Shown: positions 48,779-59,519 of the stretch, one piece after another
Position numbering within the stretch: position 1 is the first letter of the stretch
Layout of the letters: each line of letters opens with the position of its first letter
Assembly: GCA_029571215.1 (NCBI GenBank)
Contig: JAKPTE010000001.1
Coordinates: forward strand, 42,684-106,683
DNA length: 64,000 bases
Direction: 5' to 3'
Source: Bacteroidota bacterium
Lineage (GTDB): Bacteria > Bacteroidota > Bacteroidia > Bacteroidales > JAAYUG01
The notes under the pieces: generated by a model
What the model saw: only the letters and a program-made list of their open reading frames with translations
Databases searched by the model: none
Told to the model about the DNA's origin: nothing
Translations under genes and position numbers: made by a program

Positions 48779-51700
48779 TCAAAAGGTTGCCTTCAATCCA
48801 AAATTCAGAACCCTTGGGATCGGGTAATATTCGTTTTCGGGATCCAGCCCGGTCCATTTAGTAATGGTAAAGAGGTTGGAGCCGCCCACATAAATTCTCA
48901 GGCCCTGTGCCACCTTGATCATATCAAAAAACTTTTTGGGAATAGTGTATCCGAGTTCAAGATAAGCAAAGCGAAGGTAGCTTGCATTTTCCACCCAGCG
49001 GTCTGAAAAGCGGGTGTTGGCACCCGGGTCAGTTGCGGCTGCTCTTGGCATTTTGGTCGATTTATTGGTGGGAGTCCATCGGTCAAGCACATCGGTAAGC
49101 TGGTTTAAACCATTGCTTTGCATTCCGGTAAGGTGCCATTTAGGACCATTGATTTGCTGAATATCACCTACACCCTGAAAGTTGGCTGAAACATCGAAAC
49201 CTTTGTATGCCAGGTTTATACCAAATCCATAGAAGAACCCTGGAAGAGTGGAACCCAGGTAAACCCTGTCGTATTCATTCAACGTGCTGTCAGCACCTGG
49301 CGTATAAAAACGGTGGGTTTCATCGGGGGCTCCCCTCAGGTCTTTAAACCAGATATCGCCAGGATGCTGGTTGCTGGCAATAATATCAGTTACTTTTGAC
49401 TGGTAGTTGGCAACTTCCTGGTCATCCTGGAAAATGCCTCCCATTTTGTAACCCCACAGGTAGTTGATAGGATAACCTTCTTCTATTCGACCGCTTTCAC
49501 CACCCATAGGAATATGGTCGTACATTTTCACCACTTCGTTATGGTTGGTTGTCAGATTCCCAAATACAGAATACTGAAGATCACCAATATTCCCTCGATA
49601 ATTAAGAGCAATTTCCAGACCGGTGTTTTTTACTTGTGCGATATTGATAACTGGATTATTGAATGAACCTACGCTCGGAGCAATTGGGGTTTCCTGGAGA
49701 ATGCCATCGGTAAATTTGTGGTAATACTCAATGGTGATGTCAAGGCCTCCAAATAAAACTCCATCGAGAGCAAAGTTCGAGGTCGTTGTGGTTTCCCATT
49801 TCAGATCCTTGTTGGGGAAATCAGGGAAGTAGAAGCCAATGTTCATAATTCCCTCAGGATTCCCCAAAGCTGCGGTAGAACCAAGGGAATACTTTGCATT
49901 TCTGTTAATTTTTGAAAGGTATGGGAAGGCCTGCGTTTCCTGGTTCCCAAGCTGACCCCAGCCAACCCTTACTTTCAGATCATTCAGCCACGTGAGATTT
50001 TGCATAAAGGACTCGGCGGAAATACGCCATGCAGCCGAGAAAGATGGAAAGGTACCCCAACGGGTTTCTTTTGCAAACTTGGATGTTCCGTCACGGCGTA
50101 CTGTAGCGTCCAGATAATATTTGCTATTGTAATTGTAACTTACACGTCCCATATATCCCTGCAGCGCGCCTTTGTCATAACCAGTAAATCCATTGATGTA
50201 TTCCTGAGGGCCGCCAACACCCCGGTAATCTTTCCCTGCATTGGTAAGATACTCTGTAGAAGCGTCAGTATAATCAACCCGATAGCTTTGATCCATGGCA
50301 TTGAATATGAAGTCAAAATTATGGTTTCCAAAGCTTTTGGTGTACATTACCGCAAATTCTTTCACCAGGTTGAAATTTCTGACCTGTCTTTCCCCGTAGG
50401 AGCCTTTGGTATCATCAACTCCGTCTGCTGCAAGTGCAAGAGGGTCGCTGGGAGTAATATTGAAATAGGCGTCGTACATACCGGAAAAACTACGGCGAAG
50501 ATTGGCATACCAGTCAGCACTGATGGTTCCTTTGAAACGCAAGCCGGGCAAAGGTTCAAACTGCAGATATCCGGTACCCATGCTGCGCAGCAGAAGATAG
50601 TCCTGATCATTGTTCCACATAATGCCATACGGGTTCATATTGGTCGCCGGCCCCCAGAGTTTATTTGCAACAAAATCAGGAGTCCAGGAAAGGGCCATTG
50701 AGGGAGCATACCCACCGGGGCCGTTGGGATCATATATTGGTTGCCAGGGTGCTATTCCGGCCAGGGCATCAAGGTCCCCTCTGCCTCCGCCCCAACCTTG
50801 GTTGTCATACGACTTGGAATAGCTGGTGCGGAGATTTAACCCGGTGGTAAAGTATTTTGAAAGACGTCCGTCAAGGTTCGAAGTTATGGAATATCTGCGG
50901 ATGTTGTTATTAATGTATGGGCTTTCCGTGTAATTGTATCCTGCTCCGATAAAGTAATTAAAAGCTTCCTTTGCTCCGCTGATCTGCAGGTTGTAGTCCT
51001 GGGTGGGAGCATTTTTGTTCAGGAAAGGAGTTTGCCAGTCTGTAGAGGGTCTGCTTCCCAGATAAGACGGATCATTCGGATCGAATACACTGGGCATCTG
51101 GTCGGTAGCCTCCGGCACATTGGCATAAGCTTCTCTATACAGGGCAACATAATCCGGGACTTTCAGAACATCATATTTTTTAGGTATGTTCTGATAGCCT
51201 GATTTCATCGAAAATTCAACTCTCGCCTGCGCCGTCTTCCCCCGTTTCGTTGTAATAAGGATCACCCCATTGGAAGCCCTCACTCCATATATGGCTGCTG
51301 CTGATGCATCTTTCAGCACCGAAATGGATTCAATATCTTCCGGATTTATGAACGTCATGATATTGATGGGTGAGCGGAGGTCCTGGTTGCGGGGATCGGA
51401 ACCTTCGGCACCGGAGCCGAATTCTGTTATGGGCACACCATCAATTACATATAGAGGGGAAGCAACCTGCCAGGTGTTCATTCCGCGAATACGAATGGTT
51501 GGACGAGCTGTTGGAGTAGCGCCTCCTGATACTACCTGAACCCCTGCCATTCTCCCTTGCATTGCCAGTTCGGGAGTGACGGCATTCAGCTGCCGGATAT
51601 CTTCAGATGAGATGCTGGAGATGGCAGTTGTGACATCTTTTTTAGCACGCGAACCATATCCGATGACAACAATTTCTTCAAGTTCCTTTGCCTCCTCTTC

Positions 51701-52009
51701 TAGGGAGACTGAAATTGTTTTTCTTCCTTCCAATGGCACTTCCAAGGTTTTGAAACCTATAAAGGAAAAAACAAGGGTGGCGTTGGCATCAGAAACATTT
51801 AATGTAAAGACACCGTCGACATTGGTGGTAGTTCCAATGGTCGTTCCCTTGACAACAACATTTACTCCGGGCATGGGCGTATTATCGGTTTTTGAAGTAA
51901 CCGTTCCCGTGACCGGGATCTGAGCCATGGCTGCAGAGGCCGACAGAACCAGCCATAATAAAAGGGCAGCCACAGAGTACATCTGTTTCACCTGGGTTTT
52001 GTTTTTCAT
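48779..52009 (-). CDS. SusC/RagA TonB-dependent transporter
   Basis: CarboxypepD_reg-like N-terminus; VVIGYG; DIESISVLKDASAAAIYGVRASNGVILITTKRG; terminal ATF. Confidence 0.97.
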   Translation of the reverse strand: MKNKTQVKQMYSVAALLLWLVLSASAAMAQIPVTGTVTSKTDNTPMPGVNVVVKGTTIGTTTNVDGVFTLNVSDANATLVFSFIGFKTLEVPLEGRKTISVSLEEEAKELEEIVVIGYGSRAKKDVTTAISSISSEDIRQLNAVTPELAMQGRMAGVQVVSGGATPTARPTIRIRGMNTWQVASPLYVIDGVPITEFGSGAEGSDPRNQDLRSPINIMTFINPEDIESISVLKDASAAAIYGVRASNGVILITTKRGKTAQARVEFSMKSGYQNIPKKYDVLKVPDYVALYREAYANVPEATDQMPSVFDPNDPSYLGSRPSTDWQTPFLNKNAPTQDYNLQISGAKEAFNYFIGAGYNYTESPYINNNIRRYSITSNLDGRLSKYFTTGLNLRTSYSKSYDNQGWGGGRGDLDALAGIAPWQPIYDPNGPGGYAPSMALSWTPDFVANKLWGPATNMNPYGIMWNNDQDYLLLRSMGTGYLQFEPLPGLRFKGTISADWYANLRRSFSGMYDAYFNITPSDPLALAADGVDDTKGSYGERQVRNFNLVKEFAVMYTKSFGNHNFDFIFNAMDQSYRVDYTDASTEYLTNAGKDYRGVGGPQEYINGFTGYDKGALQGYMGRVSYNYNSKYYLDATVRRDGTSKFAKETRWGTFPSFSAAWRISAESFMQNLTWLNDLKVRVGWGQLGNQETQAFPYLSKINRNAKYSLGSTAALGNPEGIMNIGFYFPDFPNKDLKWETTTTSNFALDGVLFGGLDITIEYYHKFTDGILQETPIAPSVGSFNNPVINIAQVKNTGLEIALNYRGNIGDLQYSVFGNLTTNHNEVVKMYDHIPMGGESGRIEEGYPINYLWGYKMGGIFQDDQEVANYQSKVTDIIASNQHPGDIWFKDLRGAPDETHRFYTPGADSTLNEYDRVYLGSTLPGFFYGFGINLAYKGFDVSANFQGVGDIQQINGPKWHLTGMQSNGLNQLTDVLDRWTPTNKSTKMPRAAATDPGANTRFSDRWVENASYLRFAYLELGYTIPKKFFDMIKVAQGLRIYVGGSNLFTITKWTGLDPENEYYPIPRVLNFGLKATF

Positions 52010-52055
52010 AGTCAATCAGATTAGTTTAAGTTGGTTGGACGAAGGATTGCACAAT

Positions 52056-52091
52056 AAAAAAAGCCGCGTATGTATTATTTTACATACCGGC
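52056..52091 (-). terminator. Intrinsic terminator inside the susC leader (attenuator candidate)
   Basis: GCCGGTATGTA-AAATAA-TACATACGCGGC-TTTTTTT on the sense strand, 46 nt before the susC ATG. Confidence 0.75.
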
Positions 52092-52259
52092 CATAGTTCA
52101 TTTATGGTGGCATCATCATAGTTAGGTTGGTTGGTTTCATTCGGTGCCAATTGGTTGGTTCATTTGACACCAAAATCTGTTCGTAAAAATAGTAAAAAAA
52201 ATAAAAGATTAATTATGCAACAAAAAAAAAATACATATCATAAAAAATTAAAAAAATTT

Positions 52260-53549
52260 TCATCCTTTAGGATGCATAATTGATTCAATTTCATCCGGCA
52301 TCATTGGCAGGGAATCAGTAAGAACCTGATTGCCGTTTTGGGTTATTAGTAATGTATTCTCAATACGGATTCCGATGTTTTCCACGGGAATATAAATTCC
52401 AGGCTCGCAGGTCAATACCATTCCAGGTTCCAGCGGCAAGGTCTTTTCACCCGGGTCATGCACATCGAGTCCGAGAAAATGGGAAATGCCATGCGGAGAG
52501 TATCTTTTGGAAAGCGGCTCTGACGGATTTTGTGATGCGATGTCATTTTTTGTGTACAATCCAAGCTTCTGGTGTTCTTCTTCGATGAGAGGCCTGATTT
52601 CCTGTTCCACCTCTTCCATGCTTTTCCCGGGAAGAAGGCGCTTCGCACTTTCTTCATAGATTTTCAGAACGGAAAGGTACACTTCTTTTTGCCGGCCGGT
52701 AAAACGCCCGTCAACTGGAAAGGTTCGTGTGCAGTCGGAGGCATAATACCAAAATTCGGCACCGGCATCAATCAGCAGAAGGCTTCCTGCCTTGCAAATA
52801 TCCCTATTTTCGGTATAATGCAGGGTACATGCATTAGCACCTGAAGCGATAATAGGTGCAAAGGCCAGCCGGGCATTGTTAATAGTACATTCATGCAGGA
52901 ATTCCGCTTCCAGAAATTTCTCCGGTATATCCGGCCGGCATTTCTGTGCTATCCGTTTCATACCGGATACCGTTATTGCCGAAGCATGCCGGATCAGAGC
53001 AATTTCCCATTCTTCCTTTCGGAAGCGCATCTCCTGAATATACCGGGACACCTGCTCGTATTTGTGCAATGGGTACATTTCTCTGATCCGTTTCAACTCT
53101 CGCTGATTTTTTAGTGGAAATTCCACTTTTAACTTTGAAGATGTTGGAACATTAAACCAGAATGTTTCCGTAATTGCCGATACCTGTTGAAGAATTGTGT
53201 CCAGTTCCTCTGTATAGCGGATGGTATCAACTCCTGAAATTTCGATAGCTTCTGAAGGTGTAAGTTTTTTGCCATTCCATGCTTCATCTTTCGGATCGGG
53301 TTTTTCAATGAACAATATCTCCCGCATGGTTGTGTCACTGGCATGAGGTACCAGGAGGAGAATACTATTTTTTTGCTCGATTCCTGTCAGGTAATAGAAA
53401 TCCGAATTCTGACGGTAAGGATAAAACTGATCCCCGTTACGGAGCATCGAATCAGCTGAGAAAAGGATGATGGCTCCGTATTGCACCTTACGTGTCAACA
53501 GGAGGCGGTTTCTTATAAAGCAATTTCGATCGGGTGTGAGGCTTTCCAT
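52260..53549 (-). CDS. pepP: Xaa-Pro aminopeptidase (M24B), paralog 1
   Basis: YRQNSDFYYLTG, DAG..YASDCTRT, HFLGLDVHD, EPG, GIRIE. Confidence 0.9.
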   Translation of the reverse strand: MESLTPDRNCFIRNRLLLTRKVQYGAIILFSADSMLRNGDQFYPYRQNSDFYYLTGIEQKNSILLLVPHASDTTMREILFIEKPDPKDEAWNGKKLTPSEAIEISGVDTIRYTEELDTILQQVSAITETFWFNVPTSSKLKVEFPLKNQRELKRIREMYPLHKYEQVSRYIQEMRFRKEEWEIALIRHASAITVSGMKRIAQKCRPDIPEKFLEAEFLHECTINNARLAFAPIIASGANACTLHYTENRDICKAGSLLLIDAGAEFWYYASDCTRTFPVDGRFTGRQKEVYLSVLKIYEESAKRLLPGKSMEEVEQEIRPLIEEEHQKLGLYTKNDIASQNPSEPLSKRYSPHGISHFLGLDVHDPGEKTLPLEPGMVLTCEPGIYIPVENIGIRIENTLLITQNGNQVLTDSLPMMPDEIESIMHPKG

Positions 53550-53573
53550 AATGCCATTTTGGTTTAGTGTTTA

Positions 53574-53611
53574 CAAACATAAAAATTATCTGTGTGAACC
53601 TGTTAAATTTG
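53574..53611. promoter_or_regulatory. Divergent -7 elements for pepP (TATGTTTG, minus, 53574-53581) and sdhCAB (TAAATTTG, plus, 53604-53611)
   Basis: Two exact TAnnTTTG matches pointing away from each other. Confidence 0.65.
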
Positions 53612-53658
53612 TTTTTATATTGGATTGCGTTTGGTGGAGTGTAATAAAAAACCCGTTT

Positions 53659-54327
53659 ATGAGCAGCATTTTCACTTCATCGGTCGGGAAAAAACTCATG
53701 ATGTCACTGGCCGGTTTATTTCTGATTGTTTTTCTGTTAGTACATTTAGGAATCAATCTTTTGCTGATTCTTTACAATTCTCCGGAAACATATAACCGGG
53801 CAGCACATTTCATGCAAACCAATATTCTGATTAAGATAATAGAAATTGTTTTGTTTGGTGGCTTTTTCCTCCACATGATTTACGGAGTAATTGTGCAGAT
53901 TGAAAACTGGCTGTCAAGGCCGAAAGGATACCGGGTTGCCAATTATTCCCAGACTTCTTTTTTCTCCCGTTTCATGATTCATACGGCAGCCATTATTTTT
54001 GTTTTTCTTGTTATCCATCTTCTCGATTTCTATTTCAAAGCAAAATTCGGTGAGCCGAAACTTGTTACTTATTCTGACGGGAAAGAAATGGTTGATTTCG
54101 GCAGCATGATTATCGCAAAATTCCATTTACCTGGGTTTGTTATTGGTTATATTCTGGCAATCCTTTTTCTTGGCTTTCATTTATTGCACGGGTTCCAAAG
54201 TGCCTTTCAGACGCTGGGGCTGAACCATAAAACGTATACGCCCGTGGTAAAAGCACTTGGTATTATCTACACCTTAGTTGTAGTTTCAGGCTTCACAGCC
54301 ATTCCCTTGGTGATATATTTTGATTAA
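53659..54327 (+). CDS. sdhC: Succinate dehydrogenase/fumarate reductase cytochrome b subunit
   Basis: [13 protein letters not shown], conserved His in TM helices, [11 protein letters not shown]. Confidence 0.93.
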   Translation: MSSIFTSSVGKKLMMSLAGLFLIVFLLVHLGINLLLILYNSPETYNRAAHFMQTNILIKIIEIVLFGGFFLHMIYGVIVQIENWLSRPKGYRVANYSQTSFFSRFMIHTAAIIFVFLVIHLLDFYFKAKFGEPKLVTYSDGKEMVDFGSMIIAKFHLPGFVIGYILAILFLGFHLLHGFQSAFQTLGLNHKTYTPVVKALGIIYTLVVVSGFTAIPLVIYFD

Positions 54328-54346
54328 AAGTATAAAAAAAGATCCT

Positions 54347-56287
54347 ATGTCAGTATTAAATGCGAAAATACCTTCCGGACCACTGGAACAAAAATGGAGC
54401 TATTACAGGGCGCATCAGAATCTGGTGAGTCCGGCCAACAAGAAAAAGCTGGATGTTATCGTAGTGGGAACGGGCTTAGGGGGAGCTTCGGCCGCAGCTT
54501 CGCTCGGGGAGTTGGGATTCAGGGTAAAAGCATTTTGTTATCAGGACAGTCCGCGCAGGGCACACAGCATTGCAGCGCAGGGAGGAATCAATGCTGCAAA
54601 GAATTATCAGAATGACGGCGACAGCGTGTACAGGTTGTTTTATGATACCATTAAAGGCGGAGATTACCGTTCACGCGAGGCAAATGTGTATCGGCTTGCG
54701 GAACTCAGCGGTCCGATTATTGATCAATGTGTTGCACAGGGGGTTCCTTTCGCAAGGGAGTATGGTGGTTTGCTAGAAAACAGGTCCTTTGGAGGGGCAT
54801 TGGTTTCCCGTACGTTTTATGCCCGTGGTCAGACAGGCCAGCAATTGCTCCTTGGTGCGTATAGCGCCATGATGCGCCAGGTGCATCTTGGGACTGTGGA
54901 ATTATATACCCGACATGAAATGCTGGAATTGGTTGTGGTTGACGGGAGAGCCCGTGGCATTATTGCACGAAATCTGGTAACAGGAGCTATTGAGAGATTT
55001 TCAGCCCATGCTGTTGTTCTGGCAACCGGTGGTTATGGTAATGTCTTTTACCTGTCAACCAATGCAATGGGTTCGAATGCTACGGCCATCTGGAGAGCAT
55101 ACAAAAAAGGTGCTCTGTTTGCCAATCCCTGTTTTACACAGATTCATCCTACCTGTATTCCGGTTCATGGAGAATATCAGTCCAAGCTCACCCTGATGAG
55201 CGAAAGTTTGCGGAATGACGGAAGAATTTGGGTTCCCCGGAAAAAGGAAGATGTGGAAAAAATCAGAAAAAAACTTATAAGGGCACGTGATATACCTGAG
55301 GAAGACCGTGATTATTATCTGGAGCGGAGGTATCCTGCTTATGGGAACCTGGTTCCGCGCGATGTGGCCTCCAGAGCTGCCAAGGAACGATGTGATGCAG
55401 GATTTGGAGTGAACGAAACCGGCCTGGCCGTGTTTCTTGACCTGAGTGATTCGATAAAGCGTCTTGGAAAAAAAGTGATTGATGAACGGTACGGGAATCT
55501 GTTCCAGATCTATGAAAAAATAATGGACGAAAATCCATGGGAAAACCCGATGATGATTTATCCTGCTGTGCATTACACCATGGGAGGGTTATGGGTTGAT
55601 TATGAACTTCAATCCACCATCCCTGGTTTGTTTGTACTGGGTGAGGCCAATTTTTCTGATCATGGTGCCAACAGACTGGGGGCATCTGCACTGATGCAGG
55701 GACTGGCTGACGGTTATTTTATACTTCCCTATACGATACAGAATTATCTGGCTGATCAGATTAAGGTTCCCAGAATATCTGTCCAAAGCGATGAATTTGC
55801 CCTGGCTGAAAAGCAGACACGGGAGCGTATTGAACGTTTGTTCTCGGTAGGAGGGAAAACTCCTTCGGAGCGATTGCACCGTGAACTGGGCAAGGTTATG
55901 TGGGAGTACGTTGGAATGAGCCGCACCAAAGAAGGACTGGAAAAGGCCATTCAAATGATCAGGGATTTGAGGGAAAATTTCTGGAAAGATGTAAAGGTTA
56001 CAGGCTCCAATGATGAGCTGAATCCTGAACTGGAAAAAGCATTGAGAATAGCTGATTTTCTTGAACTGGGAGAATTAATGGCACGAGATGCCTTGCATCG
56101 CAATGAGTCCTGCGGGGGACATTTCCGGGAGGAATACCAGACTGAAGAAGGCGAAGCAAAGCGAAATGATCAGGATTACATGTATGTAGCTGCCTGGAAA
56201 TTTCTTGGTGATGACAGGGAACCAGAACTCGTCAAAGAGGATCTGGAATACGAGTTTATCGAAGTCAAAGCAAGGAGCTATAAATAA
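54347..56287 (+). CDS. sdhA: Succinate dehydrogenase/fumarate reductase flavoprotein
   Basis: [36 protein letters not shown]. Confidence 0.96.
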   Translation: MSVLNAKIPSGPLEQKWSYYRAHQNLVSPANKKKLDVIVVGTGLGGASAAASLGELGFRVKAFCYQDSPRRAHSIAAQGGINAAKNYQNDGDSVYRLFYDTIKGGDYRSREANVYRLAELSGPIIDQCVAQGVPFAREYGGLLENRSFGGALVSRTFYARGQTGQQLLLGAYSAMMRQVHLGTVELYTRHEMLELVVVDGRARGIIARNLVTGAIERFSAHAVVLATGGYGNVFYLSTNAMGSNATAIWRAYKKGALFANPCFTQIHPTCIPVHGEYQSKLTLMSESLRNDGRIWVPRKKEDVEKIRKKLIRARDIPEEDRDYYLERRYPAYGNLVPRDVASRAAKERCDAGFGVNETGLAVFLDLSDSIKRLGKKVIDERYGNLFQIYEKIMDENPWENPMMIYPAVHYTMGGLWVDYELQSTIPGLFVLGEANFSDHGANRLGASALMQGLADGYFILPYTIQNYLADQIKVPRISVQSDEFALAEKQTRERIERLFSVGGKTPSERLHRELGKVMWEYVGMSRTKEGLEKAIQMIRDLRENFWKDVKVTGSNDELNPELEKALRIADFLELGELMARDALHRNESCGGHFREEYQTEEGEAKRNDQDYMYVAAWKFLGDDREPELVKEDLEYEFIEVKARSYK

Positions 56288-56343
56288 ATTGATATTCCAA
56301 ACCAGAATTAACAAACGGAGTCACGTTTTCAAACCGTACTGAA

Positions 56344-57084
56344 ATGGATTTCACATTGAAAATCTGGAGGCAGAAAGATGCAGCAAGCCGGGGGAGGTTT
56401 GTTACCTATCATCTTGAGGGTATTTCTCCGGACTGTTCATTTCTTGAGATGCTGGACATTCTGAATGATCAGCTTGTTCAAAAGGGAGAAGATCCTGTTG
56501 CATTTGATCATGATTGCAGGGAGGGTATTTGCGGAGCATGCAGTTTGTATATCAATGGCCGTCCTCACGGGCCTGATGATGCAATAACAACCTGTCAACT
56601 GCATATGCGTCGTTTCAGGGACGGTGATACCATCGTTGTAGAACCCTGGCGGGCAAAGGCATTTCCTGTGATAAAAGACCTGATTGTGGACCGTTCGGCA
56701 TTTGACAAAATAATTCAGGCAGGAGGGTACATTTCCGTTAATACAGGAGGAGTACCTGACGCGAATACCATTCCCATACAGAAAGAACATGCCGATATTG
56801 CAATGGATGCGGCAGCCTGCATAGGATGCGGAGCCTGTGTGGCTGCCTGTAAAAACGCCTCAGCCATGTTGTTTGTTTCGGCAAAAGTCTCCCATCTTTC
56901 CATGCTACCTCAGGGAAAGATTGAAGCAGCCCGGAGAGTGAAAGCTATGCTGGAGGAAATGGACAGACTGGGATTTGGTAATTGTTCCAATACGGGAGCC
57001 TGCGAAGCGGAATGTCCCAAACAGATATCCCTCAGCCATATTGCAAGGCTCAACAGAGAATATTTCAAAGCTATTTTGGGCTAA
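56344..57084 (+). CDS. sdhB: Succinate dehydrogenase/fumarate reductase Fe-S subunit
   Basis: [32 protein letters not shown]. Confidence 0.96.
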   Translation: MDFTLKIWRQKDAASRGRFVTYHLEGISPDCSFLEMLDILNDQLVQKGEDPVAFDHDCREGICGACSLYINGRPHGPDDAITTCQLHMRRFRDGDTIVVEPWRAKAFPVIKDLIVDRSAFDKIIQAGGYISVNTGGVPDANTIPIQKEHADIAMDAAACIGCGACVAACKNASAMLFVSAKVSHLSMLPQGKIEAARRVKAMLEEMDRLGFGNCSNTGACEAECPKQISLSHIARLNREYFKAILG

Positions 57085-57091
57085 TCGGGCT

Positions 57092-57112
57092 AAAGCATTT
57101 TAAAGATGCTTT
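57092..57112. terminator. Short hairpin between sdhB and the second pepP
   Basis: AAAGCAT...ATGCTTT inverted repeat between convergent genes. Confidence 0.45.
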
Positions 57113-57149
57113 CATTCATTGGAATTGCGCTGTAAAATGCAGGTTAAAA

Positions 57150-58538
57150 TTAACTCCTGCAGGCTTCTTCTATTTCAATTACAGTTTTTGGAATGGGATT
57201 TCCCAGAACCCGACACCCGGTTTCGGTTACAAGAAGATTATCCTCGATGCGAATTCCGCCAAAGTCTTTGTATTCGAGAACCCGGGGATAATTAATAAAT
57301 TGTTCGAATTTTCGTTCACTGTACCAGCTGTCGATAAGTGCCGGAATAAAATAAATTCCGGGTTCATCGGTAAGGACAAAACCCGGTCTTAGTTTTTTAC
57401 CAAGCCGCAGGTAAGCGGTTCCAAACTGCTGAATCCTTTTTGTTTCTTCATCGTAACCGACGAACTCTTCTCCAAGTCCTTCCATGTCATGAACATCCAT
57501 TCCAAGCATATGTCCCAGCCCATGCGGAAAGAAGAGTGCATGAGCACCGGCTCTGACAGCTTCGTCAACATCGCCCTTCATTAATCCTATTTCCTTCAGT
57601 CCATGCGCAATATCGCGTGCTGCCGCCAGATGAACCTCCAGGTGAGGTTTTCCGGGTTTGATTCGGTCGATAGTATTATTCTCAGCTGCAAGAACAATCT
57701 CATATATTTCCTTTTGTCGTGCAGAGAATTTTCCTCCCACCGGAACGGTACGTGTTATATCGCTTGCATACAGCAGTTCACTCTCGGCACCGGCATCCGT
57801 GACAAGAAGATCCCCGGCTTTCAAAATATTTGCATGCGAATGGTTATGAAGAATTTCCCCATGTTTGCTCAGAATTACCGGATATGCAGATGCTCCGCCG
57901 GAAGCCAGGGCAATGCCTTCAATGATCCCTGCTATTTCAGCTTCCTTTCTCCCGGGTTTGGCAAGGCGCATAACCGTTATATGCATTTCCCGGGCTACAT
58001 TGACCATTTTCTCTATTTCAGCAATTTCGTATGCATCTTTAATGGATCTAAGGCTTACAACAGCTTTAACCAGATCGGTTGATGCACCGGCCACAACCTC
58101 TCCCGGGCTTATGCCCATAATATTATGCAGGAATAAAAGAATCTCTGACCGATAAGGTGGCAAATAATGGATTTTTCTTTTCGCCTGCAGGGTTTTTTGA
58201 ATAAAGTCCTGGAAGGCTGACAGATTCAAAGTTTCATTGATACCAACGGCAGCGGCTTTTTCTTTCAGCAGGGGTTGCGGGCCCATCCAGATAATATCTT
58301 CGAGATTTACATCATTGCCAAAAAGTATTTCCCTTTCATTTTCAGGATCGATTATTCCTGCCAGGTCGGGTTCATTTAGCCCGAAGAAGTATGAAAAGGA
58401 GCTATCCTGCCTGAACCGATATGTATTGGCGGGGTAATTATATGGAACTTCCCTGTTACCTGGAAAAAGAATAACACCCTCAGGTAAAAGCTCTTTCAGC
58501 TTCTGACGGCGTTTTTTGTAAACTTCTGCTGGAAACAT
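57150..58538 (-). CDS. pepP: Xaa-Pro aminopeptidase (M24B), paralog 2
   Basis: FRQDSSFSYFFG, YASDITRT, HGLGHMLGMDVHD, EPG, GIRIED; -7 TACTTTTG at 58560-58567. Confidence 0.92.
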   Translation of the reverse strand: MFPAEVYKKRRQKLKELLPEGVILFPGNREVPYNYPANTYRFRQDSSFSYFFGLNEPDLAGIIDPENEREILFGNDVNLEDIIWMGPQPLLKEKAAAVGINETLNLSAFQDFIQKTLQAKRKIHYLPPYRSEILLFLHNIMGISPGEVVAGASTDLVKAVVSLRSIKDAYEIAEIEKMVNVAREMHITVMRLAKPGRKEAEIAGIIEGIALASGGASAYPVILSKHGEILHNHSHANILKAGDLLVTDAGAESELLYASDITRTVPVGGKFSARQKEIYEIVLAAENNTIDRIKPGKPHLEVHLAAARDIAHGLKEIGLMKGDVDEAVRAGAHALFFPHGLGHMLGMDVHDMEGLGEEFVGYDEETKRIQQFGTAYLRLGKKLRPGFVLTDEPGIYFIPALIDSWYSERKFEQFINYPRVLEYKDFGGIRIEDNLLVTETGCRVLGNPIPKTVIEIEEACRS

Positions 58539-58787
58539 GTCATTGAATTAAGAATGAACCAAAAGTAAAATGATTTTGTCAATCGTCAAATGATTTCCTG
58601 CAATAGCATGTGGTCTTTGTAATTGCCGAACCACTTGATTTGTTATACCTATTTCGAACCCGACGGGAAAGTTCTTAAGTAAAAATTTGTTGAAAATTAA
58701 TTAGCGAAGAATATTAAGAAATAAATATTTTTGATACATTCGTATTTAAAACCAGGTTATTAACAGTTAATTAACAAATTTTGTTTC

Positions 58788-59519
58788 ATGCCGTACCGTC
58801 GTTTGCCCAATACCGATTCATCAAGGCTGCGTGCTTTGCATCTTCTTTACAACAAAGGGAAGGAACTACCTCCTTTTAAACTGGGGTTTTCCCAGAATGT
58901 TTATACCCGAATACAATCATTTTTACCGGGTTTTGAAAATGCCATCAGCCATTTCCGCCAGGCGTATGCCGTGCAGGTAAAAAGGAGCAGGGAATATCAG
59001 TCTTCCATGAAAAAGGCACGGATGTATATTTCGCATTTCATACAGGTATTGAATATGGCTATTGCCCGGGGAGAACTTCCTCCACAGACAAGGGTGTACT
59101 ATGGATTGGAAGAGCATTCGTCAAGGTTGCCATCGCTGGTTTCCGAAAGAGATATCCTGAAATGGGGAGAAGCGATTATCAAAGGTGAGCAGCAACGGGT
59201 TATGAAAGGATTGGCGCCGGTTACTAATCCTACTGTTGCAGTGGTAAAAGTCAGATTTGAGAATTTCAGAGAAGCATGTCAAAACCAGAAAGTATTACAG
59301 AAAAACAGTGAAAGGGCATTGGAAGAGCTTTCCAGGCTGCGAAAACTGGCTGATGAAATTATCAGTCAGGCATGGAATGAGGTAGAAAATTCATTTGCAG
59401 GATTGCCCGATGAAGTTCGTCGTTCCAGGGCTTCAGAGTATGGGGTTGTTTATGTTTATCGAAAAAATGAACTTCCGGGACTTTCTGTTTTTGACAGGAT
59501 TCAGGTATCGGTGGAATAG
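58788..59519 (+). CDS. Conserved Bacteroidales hypothetical protein (MPYRRLPNTD family)
   Basis: N-terminal MPYRRLPNTD and C-terminal YGVVYVYRKNE recalled from Bacteroidales hypotheticals; helical. Confidence 0.8.
   Translation: MPYRRLPNTDSSRLRALHLLYNKGKELPPFKLGFSQNVYTRIQSFLPGFENAISHFRQAYAVQVKRSREYQSSMKKARMYISHFIQVLNMAIARGELPPQTRVYYGLEEHSSRLPSLVSERDILKWGEAIIKGEQQRVMKGLAPVTNPTVAVVKVRFENFREACQNQKVLQKNSERALEELSRLRKLADEIISQAWNEVENSFAGLPDEVRRSRASEYGVVYVYRKNELPGLSVFDRIQVSVE

Noticed and set aside
52185-52259. AT-rich poly-A/T tract as invertible or phase-variable promoter
   Set aside because: No flanking inverted repeats or recombinase seen; consistent with an ordinary AT-rich upstream region
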